DNA of 58,122 bases from Gammaproteobacteria bacterium (GTDB lineage Bacteria > Pseudomonadota > Gammaproteobacteria > HK1): the NCBI GenBank assembly GCA_047514485.1, contig JAKZYK010000057.1, positions 1 through 58,122 of the forward strand. The letters run 5' to 3'. This document shows, piece by piece, positions 35,201 through 43,660 of this stretch. Each line of letters starts with the position of its first letter. The stretch's first letter is position 1. Below the pieces are notes generated by a model, which had not been told where the DNA came from, searched no databases, and saw only the letters and a program-made list of their open reading frames with translations. A program made the position numbers and the translations under genes.

Positions 35201-36574
35201 ATGAGCAAACGGATCGCGTACTGCACCTTCGGATGCCGGTTGAATCAGTACGACACCGAGGCGATCCGCACGCTTGTGAGCCGGGGTTGCGATTTCGAGA
35301 CGGTCGGCTCGCGCGATGCTGCCGACGTCTACGTCGTGAATACGTGCAGCGTCACCGCGCGGGCCGACGCGTCGGCGCGAAAAGCGATCCGGCGTATCAA
35401 CGCCGATCACCCGGCGGCGAGAATCGTCGTGACCGGTTGCTACGCCCAGCGCGCGCCTGGGGAGCTGGCGGCGCTGCCGGGGGTCGCGCTGGTGGTCGGC
35501 GCGGCGGATCGCTCCCAGGTCGCGGAGCTCATCGACCACCTCGAAGACGGCCCTCCGGTCGTCGCGGTGTCACCGATATCCACCGCGAAGAGCTTTCTGG
35601 ACGTGCAGATCACGGAGATGACCGAGCACAGCCGTGCGTTCGTCAAGGTGCAGGAAGGCTGTAACGAGTCCTGTACGTTCTGCATCGTCCCGCAGACCCG
35701 TGGCGTTTCGCGCAGCCGGACTCCCGCGAGTGTGCTCGACCAGGTACGCCAGCTCACCGGCGCCGGATACGTCGAGGTGGTGCTCACCGGTGTACACATC
35801 GGTGACTACGGGTTCGATCTCCCCGAGCGGCGGCGAATGCTACCCGATCTGATCGAGAGCATTCTCGAGATCGAAGGAGTCGAACGGTTTCGGCTGAGCT
35901 CGATCGAGCCCGCGTCGCTCAGTGACGAGGTCATCACCCTGATGGCTGAGTCATCGAAATTCGCGCGGCATTTCCACATCCCGTTCCAGAGCGGCAGCGA
36001 CGCCGTCCTCGCGCGGATGAAGCGGCGGTATCGGGCCGGGGAGTTCGCAGATCTCGTCACCCGCATCAGCGAGCGCATCCCGGGCTGCGGGATCGGGGCG
36101 GATGTCATCTGCGGCTTCCCCGGCGAGACCGACGCGGATTTCCTCCGCACGTTCGAACACGTCGAGAGGCTCCCTATCACCTATCTCCACGCGTTCACAT
36201 ACTCCCCACGCCCCGGCTCCGAAGCGGAGCATTTCACCGGCCAGGTGCCGGCCGAGATCAGGAAGCGCCGCACCCGTGCGTTGAAACGGCTCTCGGCCGA
36301 GAAGCATCGTCGCTTCGCGCAACGGCACGTCGGCCAGGTCGTCGACGTGCTCCTCGAACCGGCGCGCCGCAGCGCCGCCGCCCGCATCGGCGGGTGGACC
36401 GACAACTATCTGAGAGTCGACCTGGGGGAGGGGGAGGCCGATGCACGCCTCGAGCCGGTCGAGATCATCGGGCTGGACGGTAACGGCCTGACCGGAATCC
36501 GCGCCGCCGCCTCCCACCAAGCGAACGCGGATGCAGTGGCGGCAGTGCGCCGGAACGGACGAGCCATCACGTGA
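35201..36574 (+). CDS. mtaB: tRNA t6A37 methylthiotransferase (MiaB-like radical SAM, MtaB type)
   Basis: GCRLNQYD, NTCSVT, TGCYAQ, CNESCTFC, LTGVHIGDYG, RLSSIEP. Confidence 0.85.
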   Translation: MSKRIAYCTFGCRLNQYDTEAIRTLVSRGCDFETVGSRDAADVYVVNTCSVTARADASARKAIRRINADHPAARIVVTGCYAQRAPGELAALPGVALVVGAADRSQVAELIDHLEDGPPVVAVSPISTAKSFLDVQITEMTEHSRAFVKVQEGCNESCTFCIVPQTRGVSRSRTPASVLDQVRQLTGAGYVEVVLTGVHIGDYGFDLPERRRMLPDLIESILEIEGVERFRLSSIEPASLSDEVITLMAESSKFARHFHIPFQSGSDAVLARMKRRYRAGEFADLVTRISERIPGCGIGADVICGFPGETDADFLRTFEHVERLPITYLHAFTYSPRPGSEAEHFTGQVPAEIRKRRTRALKRLSAEKHRRFAQRHVGQVVDVLLEPARRSAAARIGGWTDNYLRVDLGEGEADARLEPVEIIGLDGNGLTGIRAAASHQANADAVAAVRRNGRAIT

Positions 36575-36578
36575 TGGC

Positions 36579-36631
36579 AAAAAAACCCACCGGGTACCGG
36601 CTCGACCGAAGCCGCCCGATACCCGGTGGGT
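36579..36631 (-). terminator. Rho-independent terminator for the minus-strand (nrdJ/sRNA) transcript
   Basis: 12-bp stem ACCCACCGGGTA(36585-96)/TACCCGGTGGGT(36620-31) with A7 at 36579-85, which is a U-tract on the minus strand. Confidence 0.85.
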
Positions 36632-36820
36632 GTTAGTGCCGACATCCTGGTCGGCGCCCGTCACGACCTCCACACGGAGCCATGTCCATGTCTGCCTGCA
36701 TGTTCGTCACTGCAACGATCCGTGGCGGCTTCGCCCACGCGCTCCTGATCCGGTGTCCTGCACTTCCATCCCTTTCCTGGAGGAAGAGAGTCTGGAGTCG
36801 ATGGGGGGTGCCGGCGATGC
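36579..36820 (-). ncRNA. Candidate CsrB/RsmY/RsmZ-type CsrA-sequestering sRNA
   Basis: 10 GGA motifs in 36645-36777, 8 of them as AGGA/ANGGA; hairpin GCCGAC-CAGGAT-GTCGGC; ends in an intrinsic terminator. 5' end unknown. Confidence 0.6.
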
Positions 36821-37504
36821 TCAGCCGCATTTGGAATCACCGCAGGTGAGGCAGGTCATGCACCCGTCCATTCGGACGACCGCCTGCGCCTGGCATTTCG
36901 TGCAGAACTGCGCACCGTCGGGGATGCGCGAGCGGGGTTCATTGCCGGCAGAGTCCGCGTTCTCGTACTGCGCCCGTTTCTTCTCAACCAACTGGCGTCT
37001 AGGTTCGTCGAGCGGCTCGTCCTCGATCAGCCCAATCGTGCGCATGTGCGTCTCGATGGCATCACCGATCTCGGCGACCAGTGACGGCATGTAGCCTCCC
37101 CCCTTCTTGAAGTGTCCGCCACGGGGGTCGAACACCGATCGCAGCTCCTCGACGAGGAATGTCACGTCTCCGCCCTTGCGGAACACCGCCGATATGATCC
37201 GCGTGAGCGCTACGATCCACTGGAAATGCTCCATGTTCTTGGAGTTGATGAAGATCTCGAACGGACGCCTCTGCTCGTGCTCGGTGTCCGCGTTCAGCAC
37301 GACGTCGTTGATCGTCACGTAGAGGGCGTGCTCCGACTGCGGGGTCTTGATCTTGTACGTCGAGCCGAGCAGCGTCTCGGGCCGCTCGATCTTCTCGTGC
37401 ATCTGGATGACTTCCGCCTTGGGCCGAGGCGGCGGTACGGCAGGCGTCTCTTTCCGAGACTCGATGCCGTAGTCGATGATCTTCTGGTTGATCCTGATGG
37501 CCAT
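36821..37504 (-). CDS. nrdJb: Class II ribonucleotide reductase C-terminal subunit NrdJb (TSCPD + Zn ribbon)
   Basis: RPETLLGSTYKIKTP..HALYVTIND, RPFEIFINSK, C-terminal CTKC...CMTCLTCGDSKCG. Confidence 0.92.
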   Translation of the reverse strand: MAIRINQKIIDYGIESRKETPAVPPPRPKAEVIQMHEKIERPETLLGSTYKIKTPQSEHALYVTINDVVLNADTEHEQRRPFEIFINSKNMEHFQWIVALTRIISAVFRKGGDVTFLVEELRSVFDPRGGHFKKGGGYMPSLVAEIGDAIETHMRTIGLIEDEPLDEPRRQLVEKKRAQYENADSAGNEPRSRIPDGAQFCTKCQAQAVVRMDGCMTCLTCGDSKCG

Positions 37505-37741
37505 AGTCTTTTCCTCTTACGAGAAAGTCACCCCTTCCGGCGTAGATACGCGGAGTACACCTCCAGCCGCAGAATCCATCGTTGTGAGCGCTCCCGGCGC
37601 CTGACAACCTGTCCGGCGCTCGCGGTCCGGGATACTTTCCGCGCACAAGTACCGGAAGGGACGGTCGGGCTCACTGCTCGTTCAAACGCACTCCTCACCA
37701 ATTCAGGCAAGCCCGGAGCCCGACGGTATCGGCCGCCGGGT

Positions 37742-39907
37742 TCAGAATTTGCCGTAATACCCCTCCTTGATCGCATCGTAGAGATTCGCGGCGCTATGAA
37801 CGTCGCCGTCGTACTCGATCTCTTCATTGCCCTTGGCCTCGACGACCGTTCCATCCTCGAGCTTGAACCGATAGGTCGTACTCTTGAGATCCTGTTCCTT
37901 CACGAGGACCCCCTGGAATGCGGACGGGTTGAAACGGAACGTCGTGCAGCCCTTCAGGTTTCGCTCGAAGGCGTAGAGATAGATGTCCTTGAAATCCTCG
38001 TATGGATAGTCGGTCGGAATGTTCGCGGTCTTGGAGATCGAGGAGTCGACCCAGTGCTGTGCCGCGGCCTGGACGTCGACGTGCTGCTTCGGTGTGATGT
38101 CGTCGGCGGTCACGAAGTAGTCGGGGAGCGAGTGGGCCCCATTGCCGTCGGGCATCGCCCGGGCATCGATGAGCTCGCGGTAGGCGAGCATCTCGAAGGA
38201 GAACACGTCGATCTTTTCCTTCGTCTTGCGGCCTTCGCGAATGACGTTCCTGGAGTAGTGGTGCGCGAAGCTCGGCTCGATCCCGTTGCTCGCGTTGTTG
38301 GCGAGCGAGAGGGAGATCGTTCCCGTTGGAGCGATCGACGTATGATGGGTGAACCGTGAGCCTTGCTCCGCGAGCGCATCGACGAGTCCGGGCTCGACCT
38401 CGGCAAGCCGCAGCATGTAACGGCTGTACCTCGCGTGCAGCACCTTGCCCTTGACCCGGTCTCCGACTCGCAAGCAGTCCCGCTCCATCTCCGGGCGTTG
38501 CGCGAGCATCTCCGCAGTCACCGGAAAGGACTCTTCCATGAGCGGCGCCGGGCCCTTCTCCCGGCTCAAGGACAGAGAGACCTTCCAGCCCGTGACCGCC
38601 ATCTCGCGTGTGACTCGCTCGGTAAACTCGATCGATGCATCGGAGCCGTATCGCAGGCGCAGCATCGTCAAGGCCGAGCCGAGGCCGAGGTAGCCCATCC
38701 CGTGGCGCCGCTTTCGTGCGATTTCGTCGCGTTGCGGGCCGAGGGGAAGCCCGTTGACCTCCACGACGTTGTCGAGCATGCGGGTGAAGACCGTGACAAC
38801 CTCGCGGAACTTCTCCCAATCGAAGCAAGCGCGGTCCGTGAACGGATCGAGCACGAACCGAGTGAGATTGATCGAGCCGAGCAGGCATGAACCGTACGGC
38901 GGAAGAGGTTGCTCGCCGCAGGGGTTGGTCGCGCGAATGTTCTCGCAGAACCAGTTGTTGTTCATGTCGTTGATCTCGTCGATCAGGATGAATCCCGGCT
39001 CGGCGAAGTCGTACGTTGAGGACATGATGACGTCCCAGATCCGTCGAGCCCGCACGGATCGATATATCCGGCAAGCGACCTTTCCGAGGGCGTTCGTGAC
39101 GTAGCCGTCGTTCACCGGCCAGCTTCGCCACACCACCGTCTCCGGATCGTCGAGATCGGCGCCGTCGTGCTCGACCTCCGGCGACGCAAGCGGGAACGCG
39201 AGCTTCCACTGGGCGTCGTCACGAACCGCTTCCATGAACTCGCGGGTGATCAGCAGCGAGAGGTTGAACTGGCGCAGGCGGCCGTCCTCGCGTTTGGCGC
39301 GGATGAAATCGAGGACGTCGGGGTGGCCGACGTCGAAGGTGGCCATCTGGGCGCCGCGGCGTCCGCCGGCCGACGACACCGTGAAGCACATCCGGTCGTA
39401 GATGTCCATGAACGACAGCGGCCCCGACGTGTACGCCCCGGCGCCGGTGACGTACGCGCCCTTGGGGCGCAGCGTGGAGAACTCGTATCCGATGCCGCAG
39501 CCGGCCTTGAGAGTGAGGCCGGCCTCGTGGACTTTCTCCAGGATGTCGTCCATCGAATCGCTGACAGTGCCGGACACGGTGCAGTTGATCGTCGACGTTG
39601 CCGGCTTGTGCTCCAGCGCCCCCGCGTTCGACACGATGCGCCCGGCCGGGATCGCACCCTGGCGCAGTGCCCACAAGAAGCGTTCGTGCCAGCGCGCGCG
39701 CAGCTCGTCGGTGGTCTCGACGTCGGCGATCGCACGCGCGACGCGGCGGTAGGTCTCGTCGATCCCGCGATCCACGACGGCGCCGTCGCGCTTCTTCAGA
39801 CGGTATTTGCTGTCCCAGATGTCGAGCGATGCGGCTTGCAGAGGGATTCCGGTGATTCCGGTGCCATCCGTTTCGACATGGATGCGCTGAGCCAACTTCA
39901 TCGTCAT
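37742..39907 (-). CDS. nrdJa: Adenosylcobalamin-dependent ribonucleotide reductase NrdJa
   Basis: IPAGRI, STINCTVSG, GGRRGAQM, ATNPCGEQPLPPYGSCLLGS, IAPTGTIS; SD AAGGGGA before ATG 39907. Confidence 0.95.
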   Translation of the reverse strand: MTMKLAQRIHVETDGTGITGIPLQAASLDIWDSKYRLKKRDGAVVDRGIDETYRRVARAIADVETTDELRARWHERFLWALRQGAIPAGRIVSNAGALEHKPATSTINCTVSGTVSDSMDDILEKVHEAGLTLKAGCGIGYEFSTLRPKGAYVTGAGAYTSGPLSFMDIYDRMCFTVSSAGGRRGAQMATFDVGHPDVLDFIRAKREDGRLRQFNLSLLITREFMEAVRDDAQWKLAFPLASPEVEHDGADLDDPETVVWRSWPVNDGYVTNALGKVACRIYRSVRARRIWDVIMSSTYDFAEPGFILIDEINDMNNNWFCENIRATNPCGEQPLPPYGSCLLGSINLTRFVLDPFTDRACFDWEKFREVVTVFTRMLDNVVEVNGLPLGPQRDEIARKRRHGMGYLGLGSALTMLRLRYGSDASIEFTERVTREMAVTGWKVSLSLSREKGPAPLMEESFPVTAEMLAQRPEMERDCLRVGDRVKGKVLHARYSRYMLRLAEVEPGLVDALAEQGSRFTHHTSIAPTGTISLSLANNASNGIEPSFAHHYSRNVIREGRKTKEKIDVFSFEMLAYRELIDARAMPDGNGAHSLPDYFVTADDITPKQHVDVQAAAQHWVDSSISKTANIPTDYPYEDFKDIYLYAFERNLKGCTTFRFNPSAFQGVLVKEQDLKSTTYRFKLEDGTVVEAKGNEEIEYDGDVHSAANLYDAIKEGYYGKF

Positions 39908-40190
39908 GTCCCCTTGTCGGACAGCCGGCTGATGCGAGTGGCCCCGGTGCCCAACGATGTTCTCTCCCGTCGAACGGCTCCGGTGAGGCCGGTGCCCACG
40001 GCTTCCGTATCTCCACCTGCCGGGACGGATTCGACCGCTCTGTCTCCCTTGACCGGCGGTGCATGCCGTCCCGCGACGAACCGCCTGTCCTCCGTGGAAG
40101 ATCCTCTGCCGATCTGCTCGAGTCCACGAAGACAATCGGAAACGGCCGCTGAATATGTCAGCGTGCGTCTCGTCTCGTTACGGAGAGAGT

Positions 40191-40238
40191 CTACCAGAAC
40201 TTGTAGTCAAGCAGCACGTGAAGCACAAGATATTGTGC
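40191..40238. promoter_or_regulatory. Tandem NrdR boxes upstream of nrdJa
   Basis: GCACAAGATATTGTGC (40223-38) closely matches acaCwAtATaTwGtgt; weaker CTACCAGAACTTGTAG (40191-206) lies 32 bp away. Confidence 0.8.
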
Positions 40239-40278
40239 ATTGATTGGTGGACAGAGCGGGGGATACAGCAGTAATACC

Positions 40279-40287
40279 TGTGGATAA
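40279..40287 (-). promoter_or_regulatory. DnaA box
   Basis: TGTGGATAA = TTATCCACA on the minus strand, a perfect consensus, ~40 bp from the NrdR box. Confidence 0.7.
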
Positions 40288-40434
40288 CTTTTCCGATTGC
40301 CGCCTCTGCCGACCTTCTTTGACCAGGACATCGCGGTCGAGATCGAGCCGGGAGAGAGTCCGGGCTCGGAGGTGGTGCGCGGGATATTCGAGCCGGGCGG
40401 TGCGAGGGCCGGACCGTTTCGGGTCGGTATGGCG

Positions 40435-41025
40435 TCAATCGGCGCGGCTGGCGAGCACTTGGCCCGCATGTTCGCGCAACGCCGGCATGAGCATGTGGAA
40501 CGAAGCCTCTATCGCCGGGTAGTGTCGGTCGAGATCGGCGGCCGCCTCCCCGAGCCGATCGCCGAATCTCGCCCGGCGGGCGAGCCCCGCGAACACCCGA
40601 TCAAGCCCGGCTCGGGTCGCGTACACACCTAGCCACCGGCTTTCAAGCATGCGCTCGAACCGCGCCCGGTCCCGGACCGGGATGATGTCGGCCTGCAGCT
40701 CCATGCGGGCGCAGACGTGTTCGACGAAGACATCCAGACTTACCGCCGAGTAGTGCGGCCAGCATCGCGCAAGACAGTGGTCGAAGAATACGTCGACGAT
40801 GACTCCCGCGTAGCGCCGGCGGGGAGCGGCGATATACGCCATGCATGCCTTGAACGCGTGGTGGCGGTCCGCGAACCGATCGATGGCGCGGTGCAGCGCG
40901 ACACCCGTCAGGATTCCGGGTGACGCGACGCCCTCGATCCTGCCCTTGATGAGGTCGGCGCAGACGTTGCCGGCGCGTATCTCGTCGTCCTCGGGCGACA
41001 ACAGCGCGTGGGCGAGGAAGTTCAC
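40435..41025 (-). CDS. acpH: ACP phosphodiesterase
   Basis: GTG-NFLAHALLS, GNVCADLIKG, HRAIDRFADRH, RYAGVIVDVFFDHCLA. Confidence 0.88.
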   Translation of the reverse strand: MNFLAHALLSPEDDEIRAGNVCADLIKGRIEGVASPGILTGVALHRAIDRFADRHHAFKACMAYIAAPRRRYAGVIVDVFFDHCLARCWPHYSAVSLDVFVEHVCARMELQADIIPVRDRARFERMLESRWLGVYATRAGLDRVFAGLARRARFGDRLGEAAADLDRHYPAIEASFHMLMPALREHAGQVLASRAD

Positions 41026-41199
41026 GGCGTTGCGCCCGGCGAGGGTTCGATCACCTCGGAGATCCTCTGATTTCGAGCTTGCGAGCACGCTGAATGCTGG
41101 CGTGCGGGACCAAAGAGCGTGCGCGGAGCCGCATCAGGACGGCGCGCTGTGAGTGAACTTCCAGGCTGAATGCATGGTGGACAGCCGGGGCTGGACGGG

Positions 41200-42468
41200 T
41201 CACGGGACGATCTGTGAGATCACGACCTTTACCGGTGCCGTATCGGCAACTGCGACCGGCCCGGAGACGCCTTCGAGGTCGCCGCTCGAGCGGTTCGCCG
41301 TCCCCGAACGCGCCACGCGCGCAGTCACCCGAACATGCTCCACGCTCGCCAGCGATAGCGATGGGACCATCGCGTTCGATGCATCGAGCACGATGGTGAC
41401 GGGAAGGGCGGCCACGATGGTGCGTGCGACGGCGACCGGCGGACCGGCGCCGGTCGGCGCGCGGGCAAAGACGAATACCGGCTCGCTCGCGCCTGGCTCG
41501 ACTGCGAGATCGGGCGCGAAGCTGACTTCTACGACGACCCGCGGTCCGCTGGCCGATTCGGCGGGCTTGGCCGACTCAGCCGACTCGGCCGAACCAGCCC
41601 CGGCAGCGGGCGTCACGTCCTGCACCCCGCGCACCTGTGCAAGCAGCTCGGAGACAATAGACTCCTCGCGCGACCCCGGCGGCTGTTGAGCACGCAGCCG
41701 CTCCCAGCGCGCGATGGCGGTGTCTGTGCGTCCGTTCTGGAGCGCGGCGAATCCTCCGAGCCAAAGCGTCTTCTCGTGATCGGGGTCGAGTTCGAGCGCC
41801 CGATCGAGCCGGCCGAGAGCGCTTGCAGGAAACCGGTTGCCGGCAAGGGCCGCCTCGGTTTCCGCCCAGTCCGCCAGGAGGGACGGGTCGTCGCCGAGAA
41901 GCGCGTGAGCGCGCTCGAACCCGACGATCGCCGCGTCGAAGCGCTCGAGCGCCACTTGCGAGCGGGCGAGAAGGAGCCAGCCGTCGGCATTGGCGGGATC
42001 ATTCGCGAGCTTCGCGGCGAGCGAGTCGACCATCGCTTCCGCCGACGGCGCGGGCTCGATACCGGTAGCCGCGTCGCGGGGCTGCGCCCGCGGGTCGAGT
42101 CCGTGCGGTGAACCGAGCCAGAGATAGAACGCGAGACTACAGACCGGCACCATGATCGTGACCGTGATCGCCATCCAGTACGGCCGCGGGTGAGAGACGG
42201 TGCGCGGCGCTTCGCGCCCGCCAGCGTCGGTAAGCAGCCCGCGCTCCAGATCCTCGCGCAGCGCCGCGAATCGATCCGCATCGACCTCGCCTCGGTCGCG
42301 TTCTCGATCCAGATCTGCGAGCCGTTCACGATACAGCGCGACGTTCGGATCTCCGGGCGCATCTCCGAGCGTATCGCGGCCGGCGGCCCGGTCGCGCATC
42401 AATGGCGGCACCACCAGCAACAGCGCGACCAGGATCATGATAGAGGCGAGGAGCCAGAAAAGAAGCAT
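41200..42468 (-). CDS. ccmI: c-type cytochrome biogenesis protein CcmI/CycH
   Basis: N-terminal TM, NVALYRERLADL, YLWLGSP, TPR region (PANADGWLLLARS), C-terminal Ig-like domain (VTARVARSG..GDLEG). Confidence 0.9.
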   Translation of the reverse strand: MLLFWLLASIMILVALLLVVPPLMRDRAAGRDTLGDAPGDPNVALYRERLADLDRERDRGEVDADRFAALREDLERGLLTDAGGREAPRTVSHPRPYWMAITVTIMVPVCSLAFYLWLGSPHGLDPRAQPRDAATGIEPAPSAEAMVDSLAAKLANDPANADGWLLLARSQVALERFDAAIVGFERAHALLGDDPSLLADWAETEAALAGNRFPASALGRLDRALELDPDHEKTLWLGGFAALQNGRTDTAIARWERLRAQQPPGSREESIVSELLAQVRGVQDVTPAAGAGSAESAESAKPAESASGPRVVVEVSFAPDLAVEPGASEPVFVFARAPTGAGPPVAVARTIVAALPVTIVLDASNAMVPSLSLASVEHVRVTARVARSGTANRSSGDLEGVSGPVAVADTAPVKVVISQIVP

Positions 42469-42629
42469 CGAGAACCGCCTGAAGATGGCTGATCTGCGCC
42501 GGGCGCAGTCCATGATTTCGAATCTATCGGGCGCACTGCACGTCGGCAAGGATTCGACGCGCGTTCATCTATAATCGCCAACTCGTCAGGGAGCTGTAGC
42601 CGTTTCAGCCGGCCAGGAAGCACATAAGC

Positions 42630-43331
42630 ATGAGCAAAGGGAAATTCGCAGTTATCGCAGTCATCGCGGTGTTCGTCGTCGCGTTCCTCTGGTTCGATCT
42701 TGGCCGCTATCTCGATCTGGAACAGCTCAAGTCGCGCCAGGCGGACATCGACGCGTTCTACCACGAGCATCCCTTGACGCTGCTCGCGGCATATTTCATC
42801 GCCTACGTCGCGATCGCCGGGCTGTCTCTGCCCGGCGCCGCCATCATGACCCTCGCCGGCGGGGCGGTGTTCGGGTTGCTGTGGGGCACCGTCGTCGTCT
42901 CCTTTGCCTCGACGCTCGGTGCCACCGTCGCGTTCATCGTCTCACGATTCATCCTGCGAGACGGAATCCAGCGGCGATATGGAGATCGGCTGAAAGCGAT
43001 CAACGCGGGGGTCGAGCGTGACGGGGCGTTCTACCTGTTCACCATACGGCTGGTGCCGGCGTTCCCGTTCTTCATCGTCAACCTGGTCATGGGGCTCACG
43101 CCGATACGAACCCTCACGTTCGCGTTCGTGAGCCAGATCGGAATGCTCCCGGGGACCATCGTCTACGTCAACGCCGGCACCCAGCTCGCGCGCATCGAAT
43201 CTCTGCAGGGGATCCTCTCCCCCGCGCTGATCGGCTCTTTCGTGCTCCTGGGGGTCTTTCCACTTATCGCGAAATGGATCGTCGGCGTCGTGAAAGCGCG
43301 GCATCACGCCCGGCGCGGCGGCGGAACGTGA
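42630..43331 (+). CDS. TVP38/TMEM64 (DedA superfamily) membrane protein
   Basis: SLPGAAIMTLAGGAVFG, RLVPAFPFFIVN, GMLPGTIVYVNAG. Confidence 0.9.
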   Translation: MSKGKFAVIAVIAVFVVAFLWFDLGRYLDLEQLKSRQADIDAFYHEHPLTLLAAYFIAYVAIAGLSLPGAAIMTLAGGAVFGLLWGTVVVSFASTLGATVAFIVSRFILRDGIQRRYGDRLKAINAGVERDGAFYLFTIRLVPAFPFFIVNLVMGLTPIRTLTFAFVSQIGMLPGTIVYVNAGTQLARIESLQGILSPALIGSFVLLGVFPLIAKWIVGVVKARHHARRGGGT

Positions 43332-43345
43332 TCCGGGATTCCACC

Positions 43346-43374
43346 TTCGCGCTCGAAAGATGACTCGCTATAAT
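43346..43374 (+). promoter_or_regulatory. Possible sigma70 promoter for the cfa operon
   Basis: Perfect TATAAT at 43369-74 with weak TTCGCG 17 bp upstream. Confidence 0.4.
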
Positions 43375-43660
43375 CTCTCGAATGAGCGGTTCCAATCTCA
43401 GGGGTCCTCTCATTTCGAGCTTGAAATTACGCCCAATGCTTCATATCTCATGACGAACCGATCAATCGAACGCAGATGAGCATGCGGTTGAACGAAGGGC
43501 AGTGGTGTGTGCTCCCTTCTCCGCCGGTGGGTGGAGGAGGGCGGGGATGAGAAGGGAGACCGCCGGGAAAGGATGGAGGGGCAGCTCCAGGGAACGCGCA
43601 CACGAAGCCGTGTGACGTGACGGTTCATCGGCTCCATTGCTTCGAGACTGGAGGTAGGAG

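Noticed and set aside
36707-36769. 20-aa sORF (MEVQDTGSGARGRSRHGSLQ) with SD-like AGGAAAGGG on the minus strand
   Set aside because: No recognisable peptide features; the SD-like sequence is explained by the GGA repeats of the sRNA candidate. Not fully excluded.
39908-40190. Cobalamin riboswitch in the long nrdJa leader
   Set aside because: Only a partial GCCACT match; conserved B12-box context not seen.
40279-40287. oriC
   Set aside because: Single perfect DnaA box, no box cluster or unwinding element, no dnaA/gidA context.
43420-43447. sigma32-like CTTGAAA...CTTCATAT upstream of cfa
   Set aside because: Short spacer and poor -10 compared with the grpE/dnaK promoters.
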